Assembly: GCA_965235115.1 (NCBI GenBank) | Contig: OZ249436.1 | Coordinates: 32,552,001-32,616,000 of the forward strand | Source: Laetmonice hystrix | Lineage: Eukaryota | Direction of reading: 5' to 3' | DNA length: 64,000 bases | In this document: positions 11,430-25,600 of the stretch, piece after piece | How positions within the stretch are numbered: the first letter of the stretch is position 1 | Layout: every line of letters begins with the position of its first letter | Translations under genes and position numbers: made by a program | Notes under the pieces: model-generated | Seen by the model: only the letters and a program-made list of their open reading frames with translations | Told to the model about the DNA's origin: nothing | Databases searched by the model: none

Positions 11430-11960
11430 TTTGCCACCCTTGACCAACGAACGTAACACAACACAGGGATCACCACAGTGAGGAATGACAGCTCATAGTT
11501 TCCCAGTTTCTGAGCATCGCCAGATCTGGGCGTGCTTCCTGGATGATGATAGGCCTACAGCACGGCCACCCAAGAAACTGCCGGTCCTCTCAGCTTGACG
11601 ACTTTGTCCCCTGTGGCCCTGCAACTCTTCTGGTTCTGGCTCCAGCTCGAGAAGCTCTTGAGTTTGAGCTTTTTCATCGGGTCTCATATTGACTGTGGTG
11701 ATGAGATGAGAAGTCTGTCTGTGAAAAAGGTCTTTCTCCAGGTACTGAATGATGTCGGGTTTCACTGATTCTGAGATGAAGTTGAAGAGACTAGATGCTC
11801 TTCAGTGGAGCTGCGTTTTGTAGGGATTGCCCAAGCCGTGCATGCACCTTGATGCCGGACTTGAGCTTGAGAGTATTCTTGCTTGAGCGCACTGAGACGT
11901 TGCCAGCCAGTTCGTATAGTGATCGGCTGTCATGGGGCTTGAAGACTGACAATGGGCTGT
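11430..11960 (-). pseudogene. Degraded transposase fragment, possibly Academ-type
   Basis: Frameshifted minus-strand pieces (KLKSGIKVH..GNPY, SLFNFISESVKPDIIQYLE, ATGDKVVKLR/EDRQFLG/IIIQEARPDL/LGNYELS) recall the GNPF and 'KLxEDRxLFxR...YELS' motifs of large marine-invertebrate transposon proteins. Recognised from memory only. Confidence 0.4.
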
Positions 11961-12734
11961 CATGCACTCCGCTGTGCAAGTGGCAGAGTTCCAAGCATTA
12001 CTAGTATATTATTTACGGTTTAGCCTAACAACCTGTGGACGTGGTCCTTAGGTTTTATGGGTTGACCAATACAGGCAGTAGTAACATTAAGGTTGATTAT
12101 CAATAGTTCGTAACATCAAACTGTTGCTTTTGTCATCAGTGTTTGTTTAAGAAGGATAAAATCATAAAACCTTGCACATTTAAATATTGATTGTGTACCC
12201 CTTTTGCAATTTTTTAAAAACTTAATTTACCACTAATAGGCCCCCTTTTTTTTTTAGGAATATGGCCCTCCGCAGACTTACTAGGGCCTTCCGGAGGACC
12301 AAATCCCCATCACAGCTGATCACTCAGACACACGAAATAGGTGACGGCACAGGTTAGTATGATTCCCCTTGAATATACACATAGGCCTAACATAAATCTT
12401 TTATCCTTATGCTTCAATTCAATGGCGATAATCATGTTGCTCCTTAAATTCGGAGGAAGAGTAATGTTCTACCAAAGAGTCCGACATGACTTTTGGGGAG
12501 TCTCGGACTGGAACTGTCCCTGACTGGAGATCGTGGTATAGATCTTGACGCTTTCGCGGTGCGACATCACGAATAAGAATTGTTATGACCACTATACGAA
12601 ATAGCTACGAACCACTAAAATTAACCTGATGGATGGACCTGCTACTCCTCACCAGCAGACTTCTGTATGATCGGCTGATTCTTAATCGATACCATATCAA
12701 TGCCTATAATTTACTGAAATACATGTACTTTCAG

Positions 12735-14235
12735 AGGAACACCACGCACACATCACAAAGAAGTTGGCGAAGCATGAACTTGTTGGCAGACATCGACAAC
12801 TTGGTGCAGAAATAGAAGATATCAAGAAACGACTCAATGACCTACGGACCGTCCTCCAGCAGCTCTCCGACGCATACCACTCAACTAAGAATGACTGTCC
12901 GTGTTTTCACTGCCAAGACATTCAGGTGAGGCGACTATACAAACCCTTCCCCCGTATCATGCCCTCCCAGTGGCGTATCCATGGTTCCAGGTATCCCGCC
13001 CCCCCCCCCCCCGTTCAAAAATTATTAAGGATATTTTTTTAAAACAGCAGTGTAAAAAGTGCAATAATTATTTTAACCAAAAAGGAAATCATATTTCCAC
13101 ACAAGATGTCCCGAGATTGCGTTATTTGATGTCCTTTTTTTTTTTTATTTCCCAGAGGAGCATGGCCATGGCCATCTCAGAAGCCCCGTAAATTTCGGAC
13201 CCCTTCCCCCGATCAATTTCTGGATACCCCACTGGCTCAGTCCATCCTTGTTGCTCAATTTGAAAACGGCAGCCACCCGGAAGGTGTCACACCTTAACAG
13301 TTAAAGACCACAAACAAAAATGTCAGATATTTGCGTGAAATTATATGGGGAGAAGTTTCGTGTTCAGTCAGTGGAACGACAGAAAACATTTTCTCAAATG
13401 ATTGATGATCAGAGAGTTCATTCAAATTTAAAGACAAATACAGGTTTATTGGGGTCGGTATTTTCTACGCTGAACCCCAATATTCCGCCTAGGTTATGGC
13501 CAGCGAGGCGGTTGACGCGTACCAACGGTTGGAATTGGAAGATGGCCACAAAGAGGAAGATGAGACAAGCAAACTGCTGAGCCCGCTGCAAAAGTTGAAA
13601 GTGCATGCACGTCGATTGTCCTCTTTGGATAGTGCGTGGAAGGAACAAGAGATAATGTATGCTGGTAGGTGGGGTATACTCAATCAGGAGGTGGGCGGAG
13701 AACTGAGCTTTGCCCTTGTTTTCTTATCTTCGATATTTGCGGGGGTAAATATTTCCCAGCAATCCCTCAGGCACAATTAGGCTACAAAAGATTCCCTGCT
13801 TATCCACCCATAAATAAAAGTTTGTTATTATTTAAAAATTTCGTTCATTTATCTAATTGCATACAGTTACGATAACCAGGTGAACAGCAAGCTCCGTGTC
13901 ATCTGACTTTATCCCGATACTGAACCAACAAACCAACCAGATAGGTTAGGCTTGTCTTCCCGAGATAATTTATTTACATGTCATAACCTGTGGATACGTG
14001 TAGGCCTACATTACAGTTTTGCTGTGCAGATCTTTCTGAGGAGGACCTTGAATCGGAAGTTGCAGTCTTTGAGAAGACGCGAGACCGTCTAAAAAGAGAG
14101 GAGAGCAAGGAGGTCGGGCGGCTAGAAACACTACGTAAGGCACTGAAAGATTCCAGGAACTATAATATATTCGGCCGGTATTTCATGCTGAAATCTCACA
14201 TAAGAAGTGCAACTACTGACTGTCTGGTAGACTGA
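12735..14235 (+). CDS. Uncharacterised helical/coiled-coil protein; exons 12735-12925, 13493-13664, 14030-14235; 5' start unresolved
   Basis: Three AG/GT-bounded exons splice in compatible phases (0 then 1) into one open frame: EHHAHITKKLAKHEL...CPCFHCQDIQ|VMASEAVDAY...IMYA|DLSEEDLESE...YNIFGRYFMLKSHI...stop. Confidence 0.55.
12968..13214. mobile_element. G/C-tract MITE (hAT-like CAG termini)
   Basis: CAGTGGCGTATCCA ... TGGATACCCCACTG imperfect TIRs with a C-tract; no clear TSD. Confidence 0.6.
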
Positions 14236-15047
14236 TGGCTGTCACCGACCAAGCGACTCTCCGGAGCATGATGGATATAGTCTGCAATGAATGCATTCCA
14301 AATTAAGAAATACACAATATATTGTATGTATTAACCTTAGAATTTAGCTGGGGAAGGTGACTTGTCTTCCTCCCTATTCCGGATAAATATATTTTTGGGA
14401 TAATAGATCCGAAAGGTAAGGGTAAAGCATGACAGCGTGCCAGTGTGCCAAGAAATCTTCATTCTGAAGCTTAGCGTTGAAATTCCTTGGTTCGTTTGTA
14501 GGGCCCTTGCTGGGTTACATGATGCCTCATTGTGCATGTTAAATCTGCGCCCTGCTTCTATTAGAGAAACAGTCGAATTCTTATTTGTTGGATTGAAGGT
14601 CTATGAAAGACGAACTAATAAATATTAAAAAGTTTTTGTGGTGATCTAATTTTATTTCGAAAAGGCAGAGGAAATAAAAGAAGAGCTTTACAGGAACCTA
14701 CTGGTTTTCTACCTTACGCTATGCAGAGTTGACAGAATGCTTCTCCAATGGAATGACTGAAACATTCCGTGAAATCTTACAGAACGTTCTTCCTACCACA
14801 GAATGTGCTGAGAAGGCAATGCGACTTCTTGTTCCTTTTGTTCCATGTTAATAGCACGAGGGGGGACCAAAAGTTCATGGATTGTATAAAATAAATTAAA
14901 TGGCAAACTAACTAGTGGCGTAGGAAGCTGCTGCCCCCCCCCCCCCCCCATTTATACGGAGGGAGGCAGAAATGACACCCCCCCCCTCCCAAATTTGGAC
15001 TTACATATAAGCAAAGATCTATGAATCATTCATAGGTCTTTGATATA

Positions 15048-15384
15048 AGGGAGCGTAAGTATGTCACGTCACAATGCGTGAATCGACGAGAAATGCGGTC
15101 TAGAGGCCCAAACTGGCGCCAGCCAAATTTCGGTTCCGTTCATTATATAGCATTGGGAGGCTTTGTTATCAAACTTACTATACATCAGAAACAATATCTC
15201 TTATGTTAGAAAAAATACACTTCATACTTAAAAAATATTTAATTGTCAAAAGAAAGGCCGATGTTTGGAGAGGTGTACGCTCGCCCTACCGGTGGGGAAT
15301 TGTGACGTAACGGAAGTTGCATGTCGCCAGCGGTCTGACCTAGTTAGACCGAACCTCGTTTTCGGTCGCGAGACTTACGCTCCC
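15048..15384. mobile_element. Short MITE
   Basis: 13-bp TIR AGGGAGCGTAAGT ... ACTTACGCTCCCT. Confidence 0.5.
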
Positions 15385-16679
15385 TATACTTCTCAAACCC
15401 ACTTTGGAAACCCACACCGATTGAAAATCAAACCCCAACCACCACTGCCCCCCCCCCCCCCGCAAGCTGCCCCCCCCCCCCGCAAGAAGGCTCATCCCAG
15501 AGCCGTCGGCCAAAGTCATTGTGACGTCACTCGTAGAACCCCCCCCCCCCCCCCCCACACACACACAATATTTTGTCCTTTCTACACCTCTGCTACGTAA
15601 AGCGAACAAATTATTTAATGAAAAAAAACCCGCAATGTTTCGATATGATATTAAAGATAGGATTTTATTGAAAGCTGTCCCTCTTGAAACTGTTATTATA
15701 CCGTAATTAATGAGAATGAATGAGTGGCAAGAATGCATTAAAGTTCATAGTTACATGATTTCTCTCTAGCAGATGCCTTTTAAACTAGAAAAACATATGC
15801 CACCATTTGTAGTTATCACCTGCCAAGTGCGTAATTCCCTGTTATGGGACATTTATATGTTGCTACCATAAAAGATGTTTAATGCACACTACTGGCTTTA
15901 AGTTATAAAGTGAGCGTGCATAATTTCTAACACTACGAATGAGACACATACGAATAGGTATGTTTCCTGTTTCTAACTTAGATGTGATAGATGCCCGGGT
16001 TGTTAGCAATGAAGATTTTTTAAGTGATATATCAACGCGTAGACATATCTAAATTATTGCAGATAATCTATATACAACATATAAATACGGACAGTAGGGC
16101 CTTAACGCACATATAATTCGGATGCATACGACAAATGGGTGGCCATATTTGTATATTTCCAAATTCCACGCACCAATAACATTGGGATTATGGGGGAGAG
16201 GGTGATCATTCCGTACATTGGAAGTCTGCTCCCCAGCATTTTATAAAATATCGTCCTGTATGGGTAACTCCTAAATTGTGCACATACCGTCATTAAAAGT
16301 GTTAATCGCCTATGATAAAAATTTAGGCTTTAATATATCTAAAGACATGGTTTCACCGACTCGTATTGCTAATGTTATTGCTTTAGCCATCCACATAATT
16401 GGTCATTTTTCTAGGGTCTCAGTCTTGATCCACTTTACTTAAAGTGCATCATAGTATCCCAAACACATAGCATCCCACCCATAGAACAACTGGTCTAGTT
16501 CTATTATCTTACCCAATTATTAGACTAGAGCAAAGCGCGCCAGTTCATGTCAGTCGGCTTATATACGTCACTTTCTGTGGGAAGACACGGAAATTCCAAT
16601 ATAATACGTGTAAAACAACAATGGCCTCTATTATGGTAAAGTCGTAAACGCCTTCCTCTATATGTCAGACCTGTGAAAG

Positions 16680-19600
16680 TTACAATGTACATGTTAAAAT
16701 ATCTTCTGTGCCTTCGCAAATCTCACACTTAACGGCACAGCACCAATGAAATTTACAGTTGCATTTTCTGCGGACTCGTCTAACGGTCTTTTTCACCTTA
16801 AAACCACAAGAGTAGCACAAGAGTTTACAGCTGCGTCTTTCCGACCGACTGTCTTTGCCGGGCTTGCCCGGATTGACGCAGCGCCGTCCCAGAGTCCCCG
16901 GCGTGCCCAATGTCAGGTTCTTTTTACAATAATCCGGTGACTTTTCGAGATACACCAGTTCCGTTTTACGGATGGTCGGAATGTCTTTAGTGTCCGCCGC
17001 CTTGTGCAGGATGCCGTTCTGAAAGTCGGCCTTGACCGCTCGGGTGTACTTGCGGCGAAGATGGATGCCGACGTTGCGCAGGTCGGCCAGTTGTCGCCAG
17101 CAGGTCTTGGTAGTACAGGCTCCGGAAACGCCATGACACTTGCAGGTCATGCGCATCGTACGCCTCACCGACTGCAACACCCAAATGGTTACTTCATTGA
17201 GAACACGCAGATCTAAGTTAAGCGTGAGAGGGAGGTTTAACAGGAACCATTTGCATCCATTGGCATTGTTGAAAGAAAGACCCAAATCTTGTAGGATTGG
17301 TACATTGTATCTCCATAAAGAGCTAGCTAGCTTCTTAAACACATTGTGTGATTACTGAAGAACAGGTTCAACATCTGCTTATATTTTCTTGCTGCTGCAT
17401 TTCTGTCCATTAAAGGGGTTTCTAGCAGTCTGGTACCATGGCGCGTCCATGTCGACAATATTTTTAATTAATTTAAGCGTTTACCTATTTGGCTAGAGAC
17501 GAGAGCACGCGAATCAAATCATGCCCTTATTTGGATTATGGCGGGAGGGCGGGCGGAGCAGTGCGAGGCAACGCATGCGCCCAATCCCGTTGCTTAGTAA
17601 CGACCGCCCTAACAATGCTAACGCGGGCATGGCGGTCGTTCTACGTTCTCAGTCCATTGAGATGAGAAATATGGGATGTATCGCCTCATTATGGCTCAGA
17701 ATCAACAACAGACCTAGCACAACAATGTTATGGATACGACAGAATGTTTTATCACTCAAGATTTGTTTTCGGTAATGAAGCGACTCTGAGACAAATTATA
17801 ATGTACCTTCGTATCTACTATCATTAGGGCATCAAGTTAGGCGTTGATTTATTTTATTTTTTTATTAGTTTTCGGACAGGTTTATGGATAGATCTATAGC
17901 TTTGCCCTCCCTTTATAGATCTAACCAGTTTCATGAAACCAGCCACAGCCGATGACGCGCTTTTGACCCCATTGCACGTTTTGCTAACGCGTTGAGCTAT
18001 TGCCCATCACATGTAGGCAGAGCGTACAGAGTGGACGTGCTTTTTGCCGAATGGCATATACATCGATTTAGCTACAGACTCAGTAGACGTGAGATGTGAA
18101 ATAAACAAAGAGACATCCCCACCCGCCTGCCTGCCTCGTTATTGTGGAGGTTGACGGTTGCCCTGGCGTCTTTGCCCGTCTCCAGTGCGTCGACAAATAG
18201 TTTAGAGATGCGCTCACCAAAACGAATGTTGTCGCTGCATCCTCCCCAGTTCCAGTTGAGCCCACCTGGCCATCATGAAGAAATAGAAGGATATCATATA
18301 TACGGCTCTTATCTAGATCAATAGGTCCGCTGTACTTTAGTAGAGTTCAAGATAGGCCTATACAGGGTGTCTAAAAAAGTAAGCCATGTTCGAAGGGTCA
18401 TTATGGCCAAACTATATTTCAGTTCACATTTATTATGGTTTTAGCATAACGTAGAGGTTTTGAGCTTTCCATTGATAACTTGGTTATCTTCCTCCAGGCA
18501 TTTATCACAAGCAAGATTTCAAGACACTGGTGCTCAGTGATAAAATGACTGGCAGAAGATAACTGAGTAATCATTGGAAAGCTCACAACCGCCATACTTT
18601 ATGCTAAAACCTTACCACAAATCATAATAAATGTGAATTGAAATAGAGTTTTTTATAGGGAGGTTTTTTTTATCCACCCGATATAATGACCCTTTGAACA
18701 TGGATTACCTATTTTGAGACACCCTGTACATTGAACCAACTGCACATGCACCTTGTCTAATGATCCAAGTCATCTCAGAATAAACTGATGATCTACGGAG
18801 AATAGTTCGGGCCTACTTTAAATTTCTTAACATTGGGACAAAGTTCCAAGAAAGTTTTTAATCATAGTCTTATACTATCAAGACCAGCAAACAAAATTAA
18901 TGACTATTACGGAGTACATGCATAACGTTGTAATCTAGTTGGGTAGGGTAAGACCAGCTAAAAAATATTTTTTAATAATAATTTTAAAATGACATCCCCA
19001 TCTGTCAGGCATAGCAGGAGAGTCACTGCCATCTTTAAAAACCCCACTCTACGTGTATATACAAACCCTGGTATTGTTGTGGACACAGGGTGGCGTTTCT
19101 ATTGCATGCATGGGATTGAAAGATAATGTAGGTCTATGATATACACAGCGAGTCAAAAAAGCGATACACTCAAAAATAGGCTGAGGAATCAAAGATTTGG
19201 CAAAAAAAGGACAATGTAGTAATTGTTACAGAAAGAGTAACTCTTTTGCTTCAACTTGGTCGTTGCCTATATGCGACCAATAATAAAGAAATAATGACCA
19301 TTTTTCAAAGACTCCAAAAATACCACTTGCGCCAAGTGAGACTAGGCTCAATTCAAACAAAGCATGATGGAAGCAATGGAAAGCAATGAAACGGACCATT
19401 GCCATGGTCATGGATTGCATAATCAGTTCAGATCGGTGCATGGATCTTTATAGGCCTGCTGAAACATGGTGCGTCCACAGTTCACGCCCCCATGCGTTTG
19501 GGCAAATTCACTGATCAATGGTCCGTTTCACTGCTTTTCATTGCTTCCATCATGCTTTGTTTTAATTGAACAGGCCTATAGTCTCACTTGGCGCAAGTGG

Positions 19601-22600
19601 TATTTTAGAGAGTTTTGGAAAATGACCATTATTTCTTTATGGTCGCATGATCAACCACCATTCACCAGCCTATTTTTGAGAGTCAGTATAGTTTTTTAAC
19701 TCTCTCTATATATGCGCGGTAGGGGTTGGTCAGTTAAGTGAGCCCGAGACAGTTGCTCACATGCATGCAGCATGCGCAAAGCATGAGCGTATGTATGGTG
19801 GAATCACCGTTTGGCGGCGCATGTGTCTGGGCTGGCAGCGTCGCCGGGGGCTCACCTCTCTGGCCCTGGCGGCTGTCGTCGCAACCACACCGGTCGATGT
19901 CCCCCAGACTGCAGTTTCGGGTCAGCGTGTACACGATGCCCGCCGCACTCATTGCTTGAACGAAGGAAGTCTCACGGGTAGCTGCAGCAAGGAATTATAA
20001 AAAGTAAAGATGATAATAGATTCGATATGTGAGTATAGAGGTGGGTTGATTCAGGCAGTGTGGAGAGCATTGTCTTAATAGGATTGGAGGGTCTAATTTG
20101 TGGAACCAAAACGCACCGCTTATCAGATATCTGCAATCTTTTAGTGATTATAATTATTTCCCCCCTAATTTCACCGAACAAATCAAAATCAAATGAATTT
20201 AAATCGGATAATAACCGTATCAAAACTAAATTGAAATGTAACACTTTACCTATAGCCTCAAAACTAACCCTATAACATCCTAACCTCTGACCCCGGACCT
20301 CCCCCTATAACTTACCCCTTACCCCTACCCCCAATGGGAATGTTACTACGGGTTGATAACCTGACATGGACTGACCGTGCCTGGGGCCACTGGCACTGAA
20401 GACTGAGGTGGCTGAGCGCGGACAGTTCCACCTGTCCCACCGGAATTGGTACTGGCACTCCTCCATGCTGGCCTGGGCTCCGGCCGCCACACTCTCAGCA
20501 AACGCCAAGTACGCCTGCCGGAAAATAAAGTCACACACAAACAGTGGCATTGATAACGTATATACCGAGATCTGACCATTAAAACGGCAGGCCATGCAGC
20601 AGCGGATAACATTGACTGAGTGTCGTCCTAGTTGCCAGCAAACAGGGACTGACATCGTGGGTCGTTAAAACTATACCTCCAATGCGAACTCACTGCTGTG
20701 TACAATTCGTCGTGAATCTGCATGCCGTTTGATCAAATTGTGATATTCCTTCTCATCAAACCGCTCCACTGCTCACTTTTCTTTTTGATTTTTATCCCAT
20801 ATATTTAATAAATCAGACATTTGAAAATGCCAAACGAGCAGTTTGATTTCCGTTGCCTGCAATATTGTTAGTCCTAATGCGCATGCGCACTGAAGGCCAG
20901 TAGGGGAGCATATCATCACACAAGGAGCCAATCACTCCTCCATTATGGCCCGAGATCCGGGCCCCCTTCTTAGATAATAGCTGCTCCTTAAATTTAAAAT
21001 GGCCGCCGGCCGTGACGATGTTGAAGTGCTCGCTTGGTTTGAAAAACCACCTGAATCTGCTTTGTAGAAGGACTTGAGCTAAATTCATTGGACTCAATGG
21101 CTGAAAACTTCATTTGAAATGACTGGCTGTGTGCGCTATAGCATCCCACTCTGCGCGTTTTAAAATTCTCTCATTTGTGTAGCTTTGGCAATAGGCCGAG
21201 TATTGCGAGGCCTATCACAGAACGGATAACATATCTATATAGCCGCCTGTTGATGTGTACATTTTGATATCTCTCATTTTAATGACTCCAAAATGCAGAC
21301 ATGGGCGATGAACCAATGAATTTGATTGCCTGTTAAAATCAATGCCAGGTCAACAACCTGCCATGAGACGTTCGCTTCATGGCAACTGGAATGTTGAATT
21401 TCATTACATTTCTCCCGTTCGACACGTGTGTAAACATTTATTGATTTATGTAGTCTAAGGCCTTATCTAACCTAACAGCCCATGTCTGCATTTTGGAGTT
21501 ATTGAAATGCATACTTGGTGATTGTTTTAACGATGTATTTCTTGTGTTGTTAATTTCTGAAATCAACCATAATAGCTAAACCTACTTTTTCGTGAATAAT
21601 TGATACACCTTTCCATGTTCCGCACCGCGTTTCCGTATAAATACGGGAGTTGAGCTATACATAGAATGCTAGACCGGGTGAGCAAATTCCTTTTCAGATC
21701 CGCTCTAATCCCTATAGCTCCGGTAAATCTATTTTACCACTGCTGCCCACGTCCGGAGACCGACTTGTTGTCTATCCCAACACTTCCAGGCACACTTTTT
21801 CCGGGTGTGGCGCCAGTTTCTCTGACTCTGCCGAAACTTCCCAGAAGAGAGAGATACGCTTCGAAACCAGACACTTTGGATCTTTATTATGTCTACCAGC
21901 AAACCAGGTGCAGGAGAAATATAATTATCGCGATAGAGCACTTGACCTCTCAGCATATACGATGCTATAGTTGGAACACTGCAAGTGTATTGCCTCCTTG
22001 TGTGGCAAACGCATTGGTATAGGGCTTCTGATAGATCTATCGCCGGTCACTTAACTTAGATCTATAGTGTCTGGGACGATATCACCGCAAACACGTCTTG
22101 CAAGGAAACAGGTCAAAACTAGAAGCTGACACACCCTGTGGTATGAACTAAAGCATGAATTATTCGGGATCTTATTTTCCTCTTTGCTTACAGCGTCTAT
22201 TGGGGCGGAGTTTAGGATTATGGTCCTGACCAAAGAAGGCCTATTATATGGTTTGTACTTTTTCTGACAGATATTGGGATACGGAGCCATTGTCTCCCAG
22301 CATGTGGCCCTTAGAACACTTGTCCGTGGTATGTGGATATTTAGGACACAGATGACCCGCCATCCCAGCGTCCGTTTTCCTTACTCCAATTTCAGAGAAA
22401 CAGACCGTCGTTCTTCACGGGTATTTACAAGATGGAGCAACCAGGAGGGGTAAAAAGGGCCTTGAAGACACCGCACTAAAATGGCGGTAATATCTTTCTG
22501 CTGGTTAAAAATCTTGGCCGGATTGGCCGGTCTGACTTTCTCCTGTGATACCGATCCTTTATTTTGATAACAGGAGCGCGGGGCCTGACCGTGTGTATGC

Positions 22601-25600
22601 GCAGCAGACGCGATGGACATGCGATAGGCGCGAACAAGTAGAACGTACCCCGACAATGCTATCGCTTTCTTGTGATCTTCTCCTGTCTGGGGTCGTAGAG
22701 GCACTATCGGTGTTGCGCCCCTTATAACAAAGTGTAGAGTGTAGAGTTGCAAAAAGTGGGGGGCATATTGAAACCAATAACAGTTTATGTGCGAACTGAG
22801 ACGTGGGTTGTATACAGGACAACAAGAACTGTTGTGTGTCCTCCACCGGTTTAGCCAGTCCCGCTTCCCGTGGCTGCACGAAAAACGTTATGAGCCTCCA
22901 GCTGTCGGAGGTCCGCCTGTTCTGTAACTGTAGCGGGCTCTAGCTATTAGCCTCCCTTGGTGCCAATATACCACATGTGCGCGCACGTGTAAGTCACACT
23001 TAAACAGACCTAAATTGGTACTTGTTATTTTCCATTTTCAATAAGAAAAGTAAAGCGTAGAACTAGGCCTATAGCTAAATGCAACGCTTTTAAATTTGGG
23101 TTAAACAGGAGGGCATTGCTGTATTAAGTGTCAGAGACTGAAACACTGACTACAAATTATGCGGCGCACCATGGATTGAATTAGGCATATAAATGAGCCA
23201 TAGGCCTAGATCAAAGTATATGAGTTTGCATCAACGATGTTTAGAAAAGTCAAACATAACGAATACCGCGTGTGAACGAATTCGGTATCAAGGGATTACG
23301 TCCAATATAGGCCACATTTCTCCGGTACGAACTGGTGCTTTACCCCATAATTGTGTCCGCCCGTGTAATCTATAGGAGGTTCCATCTGTCATGACAAAGG
23401 AATCTGCTTCGGAAATTGCGCATGTCTATACGCACTTAGTTGTACAGCAATCAGTTCAAAAATGGTTAAAGCCTTGCCAGCTAACGAACAGTTTCAATTC
23501 CATTTTGATCCTTTTTTCGCCTGATTAATGCTAAAAAAGTAGGAAAACAGGTCTATATAGTTTCGATACGATTCAATCCATTTGTAATCAGACGAACGGC
23601 AATGCGATACATTTGACGCGATATCAGATATCCTTGGTGTCAGGATGCCCCGTTGATCTTTTTCTGAATGTATAGATCTAGGCCTATGCTGATATTAAAT
23701 CTATACTCTCATACCAAGTCTAATTTATTGTCGTACATTTCAACGCTGTAGATTTCTCAAAAATTCAATTGCACGAAACGTATTCCTTCTTTCGTTTTCC
23801 CCTTCCAGCATAAGGGGAAGTATGTCCTTGCTTGATACTCTTCTGATACATTTCTTTCGATGTGACACATATAGAAAGCTCCACATATACGCCGGTGGTC
23901 CATGGTACCTGGACGCTAGCGCAATCCGCGGTGTCTGGGTCATTCCTAACGAGCGTCGCACCTATCGTCCGGCCCAACGACCGACGGCAAATCGAAATGA
24001 CAGGTGACAGCCGGCTGAAACATCCGACCTGACAGGTCACCATGAAAGCGGAGCGTCCACTTGGTTTAGTCCACACCCCTGACGAAGCGCTTAACGCCCA
24101 CGCTCGTTTCTAAGATGAAACCAATTGAAGCAGGCATAAAGGTCCGTACCGCGGGGATTCACATTACACTGTTCCTATTGTCGTCTGACAACAAAAATGG
24201 TTTTCGCGCCGATTCAGTTCGGCCCATTCCGGCAGACAAGGCGAGGAAAGCACGGCACCGGTTTGCTCCCCGGTGGTCTTCAGGAGCTTTATATCCCCGA
24301 CTCCACCCAGCCAGCAAGGATATCTGTCCGGGCCCCCTGAATATACCCCCACCCCCGAACATCTTCATTAAAACCCCCACCCCTTAGGCGATGTGTTCGC
24401 ATGAACGATATCACCCAAAGAGCTGACTGAGATGTTCTGTCACTGATCCAGCGTTGAGGCGGAAGGCCATTGCAAACACTCGGAAACCCCGTTGGTTTGT
24501 CACAAACTTTTGATAGGGAAATGATATCAACCCTTCCCTAATTGAATCAGAGTTTTAGCTATGCAGTTGGTGGCAAATGTTCCTCGTATATCTGAAAGGT
24601 GCGGTATAGAGTACAGCGGAGATAGATCTATAACTTAAATGTGCACATGGATCCAGCTATGGATATAATCTACCACAGATCATTTAAACAGTAGACATAA
24701 AATGAAAATGATTCCGGTTGAGAAATGAATTAAAGAAAATACGCTCAGTATATAGTCAAACGTCCTTTGATTCAAAGACAACTATAAGGATCGAGAAAAC
24801 CCAACTTATCACCCTTCATAGCCTACTTCCGGTATATAGCCCCTCAGTCCTGATATGCGCTTTTTCCTTCAAAGGTTCACCATATATAATATGATATAAT
24901 ATACCAAAATATGCCAAAAGGACGCCATAACATCTTCGCCGCGATCTCTTGTCTGTGGTGCGTATATCTGCCATTCTGCACTGATTTTCCAAATGTCGGT
25001 CTCCATACACCGGCAGGCCGCTGGCGATGTCCCTCGGAGGTGGGGTCTACCCCGTCCGGTGTAACGCTACACCCTGTTACTGTCGCCTCGGGCGGTTTGC
25101 GTAAGGTAAGCCATGTCACGGTCACTTTATCAGTCAGGGTTCAAAGGTGCATATCCCTAAGCATTTTTGGCTCACAACTTTGCATGTGCACTCCGTGGGC
25201 GAGCATATTCTGCTGCCTTCTCTTTAAACGTTCTGCACATGTAGCGTATACGATAGAAGCATATAGGCCTACATTTTCGCCCAAAACAAGCTACAAACTA
25301 AGCTATAAGACATCACATTATTTATGATGCATCAGAGGGGGATAAGGCGGATCTGATGTGATTTCACAATTTCGAAGATTTAAGACATTTCTCGTTTAAT
25401 TTCGTTAAACCTGAAGGCTATTCATGTAAAGCAAAGCTCAAAACTTTGGGGTGGACTTTATTGAGGCGAGTACGGGGGTATAGTGTCAGCCACCACGGCA
25501 CATGATCCGACATGGCGTAAGTCACAGCGGAATTGGCTCGTTTCCTCCATAAGAACTCGAATTTGACAGAAAAACCATATAAATCCCTTCTTTACCAATT

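Noticed and set aside
12463..12535. Selenocysteine/readthrough first exon for the unknown gene
   Set aside because: The phase-compatible frame has both TAA and TGA upstream and no ATG; no SECIS recognised.
17172..17342. N-terminal part of ORF 16680-17342 as Wnt coding sequence
   Set aside because: It is intron read-through; the true acceptor is at 17173-17172 and gives a phase-consistent Wnt8.
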